Positions 49,546-63,399 of a stretch of 64,000 nucleotides of DNA are shown one piece after another. The notes under the pieces were generated by a model that saw only the letters and a program-made list of their open reading frames with translations, made no database searches and was not told the DNA's origin. The position numbers and the translations under genes are program-made. The first letter of the stretch is position 1, and every line of letters begins with the position of its first letter. The stretch covers positions 5,911,149 to 5,975,148 of the forward strand of contig MU058213.1 of NCBI GenBank assembly GCA_013265495.1, given 5' to 3'. This DNA is from Vicugna vicugna (Eukaryota).

Positions 49546-50074
49546 ACTGAATTAAATTTCATAAGTGATTTCCCCACCCTTGATAATAACCAAATAAATG
49601 CAAATTAATCTTTTACATTCACTAAAGTAGCAAAAGGAAAAAAATAATTAACTACCACCTGGTAATGCTGGCAAGGTCAGGATGAAATTGGTACACTCAT
49701 TCATAGCAGAGTAGTGAAAAACTTAAAACTTAAATGTCCCAAATTAAAGGAGTAGCTATTAGACACATAGAGAGCAGTCTAATAAATTATGCTGTAACAC
49801 ATGAATTATGAAGTCATTATGTTATGTGAAAATATTACACAGAATAAATAGTAACATGGCATAATAACTATTATGTAAAAATACATATATGGAAGATAAT
49901 AAGCAAAAATTTTAAAGGTCATCTTAGGTGGTAGGATTCTGGGTGACTTATAAACAGCTTTAAAATATATTTTTTCAAAAGTCTGTGACTTCCACATTGA
50001 ATTAGAAAAAATACTTCTTTACTATTTAGTACTTAATTTATCTGTGTCACATTAAAAAAAAACTGGCTAAAGAC

Positions 50075-50269
50075 CTGACATTCGATGTCCTCTTTTTCTA
50101 TATCTTCTATTGCTTCTGCCTCTATTAATTCATGAGCTCTCTTCTCTTCTGCAGAAAGTAACTCCTTGGAATGCACATTTTCTTCTTCATTTTCACCAAA
50201 TTCTTCAGAGTCCTTTAGTTCATCATTTCCATCTTGTTCATGTGCCTCTTGATTCTCCAATTCACAGTC
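50075..50269 (-). CDS. SLTM: SLTM exon 4 (acidic region)
   Basis: DCELENQEAHEQ...EKEDIECQ; aag acceptor, donor CAG|GTCTTT; 195 nt, phase 0-0. Confidence 0.92.
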
Positions 50270-52923
50270 CTTTTAATGGTAAGAAAATTTGGTACAACTA
50301 GAAGCAAAGTAGTGCAGGCTATCTACCAAATCTTTTCGGTTATTTACATCTCTAAATGTTTTCTCTTTTATCATATTTTGACATTACTTCCAAAGTCAAA
50401 GTTCCTTTTACCTTACATATTGTGTCTTTAGAAATAAAGAGGGTCTAATACCAAGGCCATTAAATTATGCATCTGAGTTCCCAAATCTCCCACAATGAAA
50501 CAGGTACACACTAATTGGAATGCTTTCAAGTTCCAGTTACTTAATATTTACCAAGTCACATCCTATAAGCTGTCCTAGAAGATATGGCTTCAAAGAAATA
50601 ACTTGTGTTGTCCATGTGCCACAGTGATTTAACTTCAAAGAATATGGAAGTCTTATATATGATAACATAAAGTTTATTTCTAATTAATAATAAGGAATCC
50701 CAACTAATACACCAACGTCTGTTCTTAGAAAATATGCAAATAACTAATTTAAATGTTTTTGTTTTGAAATCTACCACTATGCCACTATGTCAAAGGCAAG
50801 GAGCATAAGATGGGATTGTCTCTGTGAAGGAGTATCTGCTTGCCCTTCAAAGTTTAGACACAGGGTAGGTACTTCAGTAGAAACAAAGAAAAGCAGCAAT
50901 CTGCTTACTTCTCTCTTTGATTAACTGCAGAAAAAGTTGAAAGCAATGAACACTCCTTCCTCCTTTCCTAGTCTTATGGTAAATCAGTAGATTTACGAAA
51001 AGGTTCCTGAGTTAAAAGGGGAAAAGGGCAGGAGTATAACTATTAATCATTCATAGCTGAACTACAATGAGGGAACAGAAATTCCTGAGAGAGGTGGGCA
51101 AAGAGAAGGAATGTGAGTGTTTTGGAATGTGGAGTGCTTGGGAGCAGGGCATCTCCGGGAAAGCTGGTTTAACCAACTTCAACTACATACCGTGGGGGCA
51201 TGTCGGGAACTCAAAATGGAGTAGGTGGTTGGTTATATGATTGTAGAAGAACAGGTGCAAAACAAACAAACAAAAAAACCACAGGAAGTCACGGAGGGAA
51301 CTTCATCTACTCTGAAGTGCCAGCTTTGACCATTCTCCTCACTTACGACTAGAAACAATTTCTATATTATTCATATATCTAAGCAATAGGTGATATTTAC
51401 CCACTACTACTGTATAAATTCCAAAATTACCAACTCTGTGAGACAGGGAAAGCATATTCACTTATTTTCTATCTAATACATAACAAATGCTGATACTTCC
51501 AAAAGGAAAAAGAAATATAAAGAAGAAAGTGAAGACATATATAAAGAGAATTTTTTTAAAGCTCTTTTGTTCTTCTAGACATAAACCAGTTTATTTAATA
51601 ACACAAAGGCATCCTTTGCAGCATATATGAGAGACAGCACTATTATATCTTATCTTAATATTTCAAATGACTAACATTTTTATGAACGGAAGAGTTGAAA
51701 GAAAGTTAGAAATTTGAAAACTAAAAGGGTTTTTACTAAGTCACAAAGCTTTTCCAGCTTACGGATAATTTTTACTTAATCATACACTCACTACTGAAGA
51801 CAACTAGAGAAAATAAAAGGAAAAGGAACAAACATAATGGAAGACATACCACAAGGATAACAGAATATAAAGTTTTTCAAGGCTCAAACAAAAGCCGATT
51901 ACAGTCATGCAATCATCAATTTTAATGGGTCCCTAAGCAAATACCTCCTAGAATTATCTGATTTCAGGGCTAACTCCTCAATCAAATGTCTCTCTTTGCT
52001 CTGTGCCTGCCCTCAAAGTGTAAGATACAAAGTGTGGTGCTGTGCAGTCTGTGTGTGTGTAACATGGGGAGGGGAGAGAGCTAGATGGAAGGAGAGACAG
52101 GTGGGTGCATGGACATGAGCTGACTTCACGGTGGAGCGTGCAGACATCCGAAGATTTTATGGCAGTATGGACTAACTGTACACAGAAAATGAAATACAGG
52201 AGGTATAACTGCCCATAATTTAAGAGGAACTATGCTCATTCAATAATTCCCGCAAATGCCACAATACTTATGACCTAATGATGGGTAAGGAGCAGATCAC
52301 ATTTCATTAAAATGAAAACAAATCAAACTATGATTAAAAATAACTTAGTATATAACTGCCACAACTCCAATTAAAATTACATGCTTCGTTTATCTGGCTG
52401 GTCAGTTTTGAAATACATTCTTTTTTAGCCAATAAAGACCTGGCTTATTTATCTTTAAAAGGCAAAACAAATGTCTTAATTTGATCCTTACCAAGTAGCA
52501 ACACATCGGCAATTTTCTCTCTCCACTTTAAGGACTACATTAATCTAAGTTCTGTGTGTTATATACAAAACCTAAATGCAATGGGCAGATGGAAAATAAA
52601 TTATCAATATCCTTCATTGCGGTACCTTGTCCAGGAACTAATATATCGATTGCCCTGAGGCTGTTCCTCTGGCCCCTATGTCTCAGATTTCTACTTAAAG
52701 GCCTAGATAAACATTTCTTGCTTTCCGTCTCATTTAACTAGAGATAGTTATTTTATTTCTCAACTATGAGGTTAATAATACTCTATTGACAAAATTATGT
52801 AAGTCTCTATCACTATTTTACCTACATACTTTACTGTTTATTGTTCAAGTATAATGCATGAATTCATCATGCAAAATACTAGGCTCAAAATAAGCACCTT
52901 AACCTGGGTAATTAACACTTTAC

Positions 52924-52988
52924 CTTGACAAACGCATCATCTTCCACGGAAGCATCTCCACTCAACTCATCTGCTTCCTGTTTTTTAC
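52924..52988 (-). CDS. SLTM: SLTM exon 3
   Basis: cag|GTAAAA...; GKKQEADELSGDASVEDDAFVK; donor AAG|GTAAAG; 65 nt. Confidence 0.94.
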
Positions 52989-55900
52989 CTGCGAAAGAAG
53001 GAAAATGGGCTAACAACCAATACTTTATTACTTTAAGAGCAAAAAACATTCAAAGAAGTTCACCCCGAGGTATCACTCTCTACTCCAAATTCTCTCACAA
53101 AGCTAATGCCAACTGCTTATAAACCACCTGGTCATAGCTGTCTCAAACAAAAAAAGCTTTATTAACAGTGACATGCTATTTCACTAAAATAAGCTGTGCA
53201 AATAATTAATCCTTTATACGCACCCATCATCTTAACTGACTTGACATACACGACGCGTTTTTCTTTTTCCACTCAAATTCTCTACCTTCAGTTCTCCTGG
53301 AAGTAGCAGTGCCTTTCAACAGAATACTACTAAATGTATATACAACCAGACGTCTGATAGCTAAATTCAAGACTCCTATCCCCTGCAAAGTCTTCCCTAA
53401 GTTCTCCTCTTCAACAAGCCTTTTCTGAAATAAAATTCTCATATTTGACATCTCACAATCCATCAGTTGATTATACTTGTACTCAAGTACATCTTGCTTC
53501 ACTATTTAAAGAAATACCTTAAGTACAGGGACTGCTTTCATGTTTATTTTGTGTTTCTCCAAAGGCCTAAATATAAATAGTGTTGGGCACTTAACATAAT
53601 GACTGATTTAACTGATTTAAGGCAAGCAGGAATTACTGCAGACTGAAAACTGTTAATAGCTTCCAGATAAACTACAGGCCTTCCTGACTCAACCTCATCT
53701 TCAAAACTTTGCAAATTAGTGGCTGGAATTTTAAAAATGTTTTCTACATTAAAAAAAAAAAGTTTTCCACAGAGCCAATGCTGAAGTTTTTGTTTTCAGG
53801 GAAGTCCTCAAAAACCTACATAATAACCCATAATGTAACAGAAATGCTGTTTTGAAAAGAAAAAAGAAAAAAAAAGGCTGCTAGAACTTTAGTATTAAAT
53901 TTGTTTTAATTCATTTATTTTGAAATGTTAGTAAGTGTTCTTTCCAGAAGCCAACTAATTAAATTTTCCTTTCCCCAAAACAGGAATTGCCATGTACCCA
54001 TCTCAGGCTTCCATGACTTCCAGGGTAGAGGGTTCAGCTGCGAGTTTACTGTTAAAAAAAAAAAAGTTAGGAAACCTCCTCTTTCCTTTGTCTCTTCACC
54101 AGCTCCTATCTTCCATCTACTCCCAACTTGAAATTCTTTCCATGAATGAGTGGCGGAAAGGGAAACAAGATAGCTGGTACTTTCAGTATGTGAAAAGAAG
54201 ACTAAGAGTGGAGAGTTTTCTTTTACCCACTGAGGTAACAGAGGGCTTGTCCTGTCCCTGAGGGCTTATGTGAATCAAGAGAGAAACAAAATGTGGGGCT
54301 TTAGCGTGGTGTTTGTATGTTAGAGAAAATAAAAATTGGAAATTACTACAAGTGCAACAACTAAGAAAGCCTGTTCATCAGAGTGTCTGTTAATCTATTT
54401 TTAAAAAGTAAACAGAATGCTCCTTCCTTGAAAAAGAAAACAGTATCAAGTGAGGAAAAGCTCACTAAATTCTTCTAACACATTTACAGAGAGGAAGTTC
54501 CATAATATAATAACCTTAAAGATGCTACCTTTGGGGGAAAATAAGCTTTTAAAAACACCAGGATTCCTGCTACTCACCCCCACCCCACCGCACCCCCAAC
54601 ACACACACCACCAAATAACCTATAGTGTAGAGCTTTGGGATGAATCCCTTCAGATCATTTGCAAATACTATTTATTCTTTACAAATTTAAATGCTTTACA
54701 ATTTGCAAAACACTTTAAAAAGTTCAAGTGATTTTTCCAAGCACCCTACGATATAAAGGGCAGGTAATCACAATTCTACAAAAGAGAAGATGAACCTGAG
54801 AGGGTAAACAGCTTTCCCAAAGCTAGTACATGGTGTTGTCAGAACTGGAAGCCAAGGTTTCTCATTTCCAGTCCGAAATTCTTTCCACTACATCTTACTA
54901 TGACCTACTTAAAAGACATTATTCTAGTAAGGAGTGGTTAATTAACTCAATGTAAAGATATTATCTTTGAAATGGCAGCCCTCAGCATAATGACAAGCTC
55001 CATATACTATGCACACTCAGTGGTTTCACTTGCCTTAGTTTACTTAAAGGAAAACCAAATTACACTACAACAAAGCAACGAAAACAACAGCAATCACGAC
55101 CTGCTTAAGCAGCTTCAGTGGTCCAGGCACCAGGACAAATGCTCCACGTAGACTAACGTATTTATTTTATCCTCACAGCCACTCTCAAACTTTTATCCCC
55201 ATTTCAGAAATAGGAAACTGATGCTGAAAAGTTAGATGACAAAGCTAGTAAAAGGCAGGGCTTCAATTTAAACCCAAGCCTATTTCCAACTCCTCAAAAC
55301 ACACAAAACCATTAGCTCTTCAAGTAGCCATAATGTGCTAGTTGTTAAAATTTTTATCTCCTTTAGCATAAACCAAGGCTCCAAAAGCCATGTCTATAAA
55401 ATTTTTAAATGTGAGACTCGGAGAGATTATGTAACTTGCCCCACGATGAACAGGCAAGAGGGAGAGGTACACAAAAAGGTCCAACCTTGCTACCCCTTAC
55501 TGTTTTTAACAGCTGTACCACATGAAAGCACTGGACACTTAATGTGTCATCAGTTTGTAAACATAAAAAGCATGAGGACAAGATTTGCAAACATCCAGTA
55601 ATGAAAACTGTAATAATAACCTAATAGGTTCACAGTACTTAAGAAAACTGACATTTTATACACTAGCTTTTGACTGCCTTCATAACCTGTAACTGTGGGC
55701 TTGTTTACACATGCTGAATTAAAAACTATATTGTAATTTCTTCCTTTATGAAAAAAAGTTCATCCCTCCTACATATAAAATATAACTGACATTTTAAAAA
55801 GCTGTGATGTTCATCATCCAGTGCAGAACCTCACATAATGCTATAAAATGAGGAGACACTCCAGCAGCATATATTTCCTGAGTGTTATCGGTGTAAGTTC

Positions 55901-56618
55901 TGGGTTGGACGCTAGCAATAAACAAGGTCTGGACTTCCACTCCGCTCTCACTGGGACAAAGGTAAGAGCTAGCATGCCAGTCAGACTAGCATCATGTGCA
56001 ATCCCATCCTGTCAGGAAGGACTGTAAACTCCAGCTCTAATGATGCTGCAAAGCACACCTACAGATTCCGAACTTTCATGATGTCACAGACAATAACATA
56101 AAAGAAAAACCAAATCCCTCTTAACCCACAAGCACCACCAGCTTTAGCACATTTTTGTACAGTCAGTAACCGTTTAAACCCCTCTCTCCCATTTAAGTCT
56201 GTGCTATCAAAGCTCTTTCTATAAATTCATCAGTGCATCTTTTGTCCTTCAAGGAATCTGGCATGTACCACAGAAATGTGAACTGGTCCAAAGGAAAGGA
56301 GCATGACCAGGATGAAGGAGCTAACTAAAAGTTTAATATAAACAGAAGCATAACTTTAAAGCTTTGAGGAACAAAACTAGAAAGTACATTGGGCAGACAA
56401 GATAGTCTGAGTAACATAACAAAAAATGAAAGCAAAATTACTTAGCACATCTCAAACTATCATAGGAATAACATATGGCTATTCTGAAATTATATAAAAG
56501 ACAATGCAAGGTTCTCTGCATGATTTTAGGGTCTAAAGTAAAATGGCAAAATAAAAATGTATACACCAAAGAAAGACGACGCTAAAAATTCCCCCTCATT
56601 TACACAACGTGAGTTTGT

Positions 56619-56920
56619 ATGGGTCCACAAATCCTTAACGAAATGGTTGGAACCAGACATGTTTCAGAATCGTCAGATTTTAAAAGAGTACAGTGGTGTG
56701 TATGCCATTTGTTAATTTAAACCTCCCAGTAGCTTCTAGAACAGTTTCTCTGAATCAATAAAAGAAATATTTGTGAAATGAAATAAATGCATACTAACAT
56801 CAGCTAGGGTAAGTCAAGGCTATAATCACTTGGATAATTACTTCTGCCAGCAAACTTAAGAAAAACTTTGTTTTCAAAACTTTTGTATTTCAAAATTATG
56901 AATAAAGAATCCTGGGTCAC
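56619..56920. mobile_element. MER46C-like (Tigger-group) element
   Basis: ggtccacaaatcctta ... ttttgtatttcaaaattatgaataaagaatcctgggtc imperfect inverted termini. Confidence 0.5.
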
Positions 56921-57008
56921 AATTTTGTTTTCTCCTCCAAAGGCAAATTGGTCCTTATAAAAGTTTGTAATTTTTCAAGTTCAGAAATACCTCCAAAAAC
57001 AAAAAATC

Positions 57009-57046
57009 GCGTTGGTGGTATAGTGGTGAGCATAGCTGCCTTCCAA
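57009..57046 (+). pseudogene. Tailless retropseudogene of the 5' half of tRNA-Gly(TCC)
   Basis: GCGTTGGTGGTATAGTGGTGAGCATAGCTGCCTTCCAA matches the recalled 5' end of vertebrate tRNA-Gly-TCC up to the anticodon loop; 17-bp direct repeat tccaaaaacaaaaaatc at 56992-57008 and 57042-57058. Confidence 0.9.
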
Positions 57047-57781
57047 AAACAAAAAATCCACTTAATAAGTAGATTTTAAAGTCATTTTGCCAAAAAACTT
57101 TGTGGCTGAGTAACTTCCCCTAAACATTTATAGAAGCTATGAAAAGTAGAAAATGTTTAGTCATAAAACTTCTGTTGGAGAAGACAGGGTTTAAGTCAAA
57201 CTGAACAACATTAATGTTTCCAGCAACAACCTCTCCCCAGTTGCATGAAATCTTAAAATAACCATGGACTGTGCCTTGTTAACTGTTTGCATATGTGTTT
57301 TAGCTTCTCTTCTATTAAAATGATATTTTACTAATACAATCATTTTCCTAAAAAGCTTTGCATTGTCTTAAACATAGTCATCCGACAGGTCATTTCATAA
57401 TTTTTAAAAAATCTATAAAGATAATTCATACTCACTATAACAAATCTGGAAAACACCAAAAGTATATTTTTAAAATCTCTTAACTTTGTCATCTAAAGAT
57501 AACAAAACTGAATAAACACACACATGCAAGCACACACTTATGAGCATTTGCCTAAGGTTTTGAAAGGCAGCAAAAGTAACTGAGCTCTTAATGGGTTACT
57601 TTTCTTTCCTATCAATAAAAAGAAAATAGTACAGCTTAACTCTCAGCACTGTTGTGAGATCAAATAAAGCAATGTGGAAGTTTTCTGAAAACTGTAAAGT
57701 ATATAAAACAAGTTACAAACTGACAGGCAGAAAGAGATAAATGAAAACGATGTTAAATCTCAAGCTCTAGTCTAGAGCAGC

Positions 57782-57955
57782 CAGTGGTTCTTAATTCCAG
57801 CTGCATAAGAATTATCTGGGGAGCTTTTAGAAAATACTGATTCCTGGGCCCCCAACAGAGCAACTGAAATCGAATCTCTGGGGGACGGAGCCTAGTGTCT
57901 GTATTTTTAAAAACTTAAAATGATTCTACTGTAGAGCAGATCGAGCAAAACTGAA
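57782..57955. mobile_element. MER5-like hAT MITE
   Basis: cagtggttcttaattccagctgcataagaattatctggggagctttt...gaatctctgggg. Confidence 0.65.
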
Positions 57956-60900
57956 GAAGTTGGAGTGAGAAGAATATAAGAGGAAGGTCACTATTTTCAG
58001 ATTCTCCAGACTAGAGAAAATTTAAGCTCTATCTACCTTTAACAAAACCGCACTATTTGAGTTCTTGTAAAGGGGGAAAAAAAAAAATCCTTGAACATAA
58101 ACCTCTATGAGTACATGCACATGTGCATACACACCTTAGATCAACAAAATGTTACCTGTAATAAATTCAGGGTGATGGAATTATGGGCAATGTTCACTTT
58201 TCTATCTGTCATGGATTATCTAATTTTTAAAATGCAAATTTTCACTTTTATAATCTGGAAAACAATTCTGTAAAGCCCAAATGCAAACTACTCCTCCAGG
58301 GTACCAGGAGTGCCAAGTAAGGCCCATACGGGGTGTGGAGCTAATGGTGTGAATGGTTAGCTCCTGGAATTGCACAACACCGTGGGCCCTTTATTGTAAC
58401 ACATGAGAACTATCTCATAGCTGATTAAATAAATCAGTAAATTCTATCCTTAAACCCTAAAGCACTGTTCAAACTCTTCATTAAAGTCCTTTCTGATGCC
58501 ACCGATTGATAATAATGATTTCTTTTTCCTCTAAATTCTGGACAATTTGTACCTTATTTTCCATGAGTTCATGAAAGAGAAGATGACATTTGAAGTCTTC
58601 TGCCCTTAACTCAAAACAAGATGACTGACATGGGAGAAAAAAACTGTCTTTAAGTACTAGAAAATTTTACCTATCCTCCCACCAGGATCCGTGACACACA
58701 CCATATCTGATACAATAAAATAGCTGAAAAAAAGCACAAAACTTCTTTGATAATACACGTAATCCACCGTACACAACTGCATGAGGCAAATGCAGGTTTT
58801 AATGGCTGGGTTTAAGGGCCTGATTTTGTGAAATAAAAATGACATACACAACTTCTGAAGCTAGACAATACTCCAGCAAAAGTTAGGAGGCTTTCCAACA
58901 CAGCAACTACTCAGTGAGGGATAAAAGACAGTTGCAATGATTCATGTGTTCTAACAGTAAGTACATTTCACTTATCAGTGTTTAAAGAGAACCCACTAGT
59001 GCTGTTGAGAAAGGCACCTTAAACAGAAAAACTGTTTGGAAGACTAATTAATCTCTGATATACATGCTTCCTACAAAGAAACAAGCAATTAAAATAAGCA
59101 CCAAAAGAGAGATTTTCAAAAGCAGCTGTTAAGAAAGTCATCATATGGCCTCCGACATTCAACAAATATTTTCTGACCACGTATTATTTGCCCAGCAATA
59201 CGCGAGATATTACAGAGACTAATGTAAATAAAAGACTATGTCCTTACCCTCACAAAGCTTCTAGCCCAGTGGGTACTCCAAAAAATATGCTGATTTTGTC
59301 CCCAAAGCCCTTCTCAATGTCACAGTAGATTAAAGTTTCCTTAACATCCAAACATACAGCAGTTAAAAAAAAAAAAAGCAAGAGTTACAGTATACAGTGA
59401 TACTGACACTGTATTATATTAAATTCATTTTATGTGGTTGACTACTATTATTTGACATATAAATTTTAGAAAGCTTTACAAAGTAAACATGAAATTAATT
59501 ATACTGACCGAGGTATTTTCCACACAGAATCAGGCATTAGATGTTTGGATAAACCTGTAACCTAAAAATATATTTGTTTCTATAGTGCAAACAAATCAGA
59601 TTTTACATAGCAGTTTGAGTCTTTTTTAAACCTGCATGTATTGCAAGGGAGTTTCAACTGCATTACACATACTTCTGAATACTGTACTGATTACTTAAAA
59701 TAACTTCTGCTGAAGTTTAGAGGTGACTCTAAAGGTGAAAAATGCAAAAGAATGATATGCTATTGACAGGTGAACCAAAAGAAAGCTTAAATCTATAATC
59801 TCTAAAACTAGGTAATGAGAAGTTGGCTCTACCTGTTTAACTGCTTTCTTAACACACACCCAAATAATGACAGTGAATCTCACCAGGGAAGCTTTCTTCT
59901 AGGTTACTTATTAAAAAGTTCACAGCAAAGAGAGCGTAAAAAGACTCAGATGAGAGAACCAATCTAAGTTACAAACGATTTCACCGTATTAACTCTATGT
60001 AAATAGATTTTACAAATACGTTAATCGTAAGTTTTAGAACTCACTAATAACATTTACCAACATTTGTTATATGTTTGTGCTTGTAATAATGGCACTTAAA
60101 AAGTATTCTACAATATACTTAACAATGCAGATTCCTTTTCCTCTAATCTGTTGAAATACAACCATTTTAACACAAAAAAATTTTTCATAGTGATCCCGCA
60201 CTTATAAGAGAATGAGCTTAATATTTCACCTAAGTAGTTTTTCAAGACCCATGAAGCTTCTCTTGCTTTATCATTTTACGTTTATTTGCAACATTAAGCT
60301 ATATTATCATAAGAAATTTTTTTTCCCCTAACATGTTGTGTCTTGCTGATGTCTACATGACTGCCTCTAACAAACCCCTTTCCTTTTCTAGAACCTCAGC
60401 TAAAGATATTCATACTGATTAAGGACCTATGAGATTTCCTGTTCCTTCCTATACATCTACTTCAGCTAAACGAAATAAATTTTTCTTCTGGCTCCTGGCT
60501 ATATACAATTATTAAATTTCAGAACTAAGAGACTCAGAGTAAATTTCCCAATTTTATAAAAAGGAAGTAGACCCACTGAAGGAAAAGTGGTATGACCAAG
60601 ATGAAATTATTTTCAAGGTATATAGTGCTAAACAAAATAAATTTGTCAAAAAGAGCATATTAAAATAATAGTTTCTTGAAAGTTCAGTTTTAAAAATCTG
60701 TTAATTACTGATATTTGTTATTGTTAAAGTTTCCCTATTCAAATTTGATGTCTAAAACTTATTCTTAAACTTAATTTAAAATAATCTTACTTATAAATAT
60801 CTTCATTATAAATTAATTCAGACTAGGTTCTTAGTTTGGGATTTACATTATGCTCTTTGTAATTCTTAGGATTTTCAGAACAAATGGAATAAATGGAATT

Positions 60901-62752
60901 CATAGAGACAAGAGCTATCTAACACGGATGTCCCAGAATGAGTCTAATGAAGGACTCAGTTGTAGTCTGCTGTAGACAAATGATGAATGTTACAACTCTT
61001 AACTAAAGACTGTAAGACACCTTAACATCAGAGTTACAGAAAAATTAAATTTCAAATATCCTTATAATCCACATACAAGGGAAAAATTAACATATTGATA
61101 TATACATACACATATATATATATACACACATGTATACTGAAAAACTCCTTAAAATGTTGTATTTTCAAATTTACTCCTAAGGGTAAGATGAAATTCCTAA
61201 TGACTGAAGAAGAAGGGGATACAGAGAGAAATTAAAAGTAAGTGAGAATGAATAAATCAAATGAAATTTACACACTAAAATCAATAATCAGCTCGAATAA
61301 TTTGGGACTATGATTAATGCATAACATCAGTCAGACTATCACAATGTGCTAAATAAATGACACGAATCAAAATCACTATTAAGAAACATGGTTAATTCCG
61401 ATGTACTTATTTCTGAATTTTTTATGGTTCCTCATTTTGAAACTGCCTCTAGGTTTGTCAGCAGAGGCTTCTCAACACAAGCTTCTCTAAACACAGGGAA
61501 ATGCATCTCTCAAAGTGATACACTGAGTCAGAATTACACTAAAAGCTACAGATCTTCAAGATAACTTTATTGCTCCTCTGAACTCCATCTCCACCTCTGC
61601 CATTTCTATCCCATCCAGGAAATGCATCTTAGTCCTTTTCAGTTTCCTTTGGCACAAACAGGGGACTCTTGCAAACCTATGAAAACTCATATGGAGAGAC
61701 GGCATCAAGATCTGCCTGGACCTGGTACCCACACAGACTGCTTAAGATCAAACTTGACTACTCCCATCTTCTCTAGGTTAATGCATTCAGTCATTTCACT
61801 CTAGTTGCAATCAATCTGGTCTACAGCAGACAGAGTAGCATTTGGATCACTTAAAGCAGTAAAGGAAGTTAGATTATTTTTAATGCTGCAGCTGTCCATG
61901 AACACACTGCATGGAACTTATAGGTAGATACCAGGATCCAGATACTCACATCATGTCCACCCTCTGTCACTGTCTTTATGGGAAGGAGGGAAAAATCTGT
62001 AATTATTCAAGTAAGGATTTCACTACCTAGAACCTTTTAAATATTCTTAAGTCCCTTTTATATTGTCCAAATGTTCATTTAAAACTTCGTTTACCTATTC
62101 ATTAAGTCACCATATCCTAGAAATATATTCTGGCCTAGTTTAAAAGTTGTAAAATCGAAACCTTTAACATATTCCTATAACTTAAAACTTTTTTAAAACT
62201 AATTAATCATGGATTTTTTTTTCCCCTACCTTAGTAGTATGATTGGTGAGGTCTTTCTGAATTTCACTGAAAATCAGAATGTATAATGGCATAAATGCAA
62301 ATTAAGTTCACCAAGTCAAACAAAATACTAAATATAAAGGTTACAGAATTTTAATATACTAGAGAAAACAGCAAGGAGCCAAGGTGAAAGATCTGGTAGG
62401 AATTCCATCAATACTCTGCCAATTGTGGGGCAAGGTAGACATGTATTAAACTGTATTTTATTCTTCAAGTCTTCACACTATGAAGGAAGAAACAATGAAA
62501 CTTGACTTTGTAATTTTTTTCAGAAGCAATAAAGAACAGCTCTCACTTTCAGGTCAACTTCAGCCAAATCTTAAGGGCTACTAGTCACCCAGAGCCTGGC
62601 AACAGTAACTTTTCTTCCTTGACCCAACAAGGCAGAGTGCCAGAGGGAAACAGCAAAGAGTAGCACTATATAAACAGGGCAAGTGGCACAAGAGCAGAGG
62701 CAAGTTATATAACCAAAATATATTTTAAAATATGTTTATAACTCGTAACAAC

Positions 62753-62840
62753 CTTTGCCTTTGGTTGGTTTCTTGTTTGGAGTATCAGTTGAAACAGTTA
62801 ATTCAATATTATCTGGATCGCCTCCTTCCTCTTCAATAGC
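62753..62840 (-). CDS. SLTM: SLTM exon 2
   Basis: tag|GCTATT...; AIEEEGGDPDNIELTVSTDTPNKKPTKGK; donor AAG|GTTGTT (weak); 88 nt. Confidence 0.93.
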
Positions 62841-63399
62841 CTACATTAGAAAGAGAAGTTAATATGCTACACAATCTATCTAAACTTATTTTATAAAAAT
62901 GAAATGAAAAAAATTAGCAAACCTCAAGCCTCAAGACATTAGAATTGCCAGTCATTTCACACACCAACCTCAAAAAGAAGCAATTAAACTACACGAGTGA
63001 GAGAAACTTTCAGGAGGAAATATCATTAAGTATCAAAATCATATGAAGTTTTACATTTTACCCAGTCGAGAAAATTAACAATCACATATAATCACACTGA
63101 ATAAAAGTCTAAATATTCTCGATTGCAGAAAAGTTGCTAGCTGCGAAAGTAAAGAACTAAAAGGGGCTTTCCTAATTTCTATAATGCAAACTTATCTCTC
63201 CTCTACTACACTTTCAACGCTCACTCAAACCAGGAAAGATAATCAGGGATGAAAAAGCAGATTATAGCGCTAATGCAAAAACTGAAAACCCAGCCGAAAA
63301 CAAACCCCTTCTGTTACCCACCCATCAACTCCCACTACGAATTCCCCCCCAATACGGGGAGGAAACGGTTGGGCACAATTAAACGGTAACTTCGCACAG

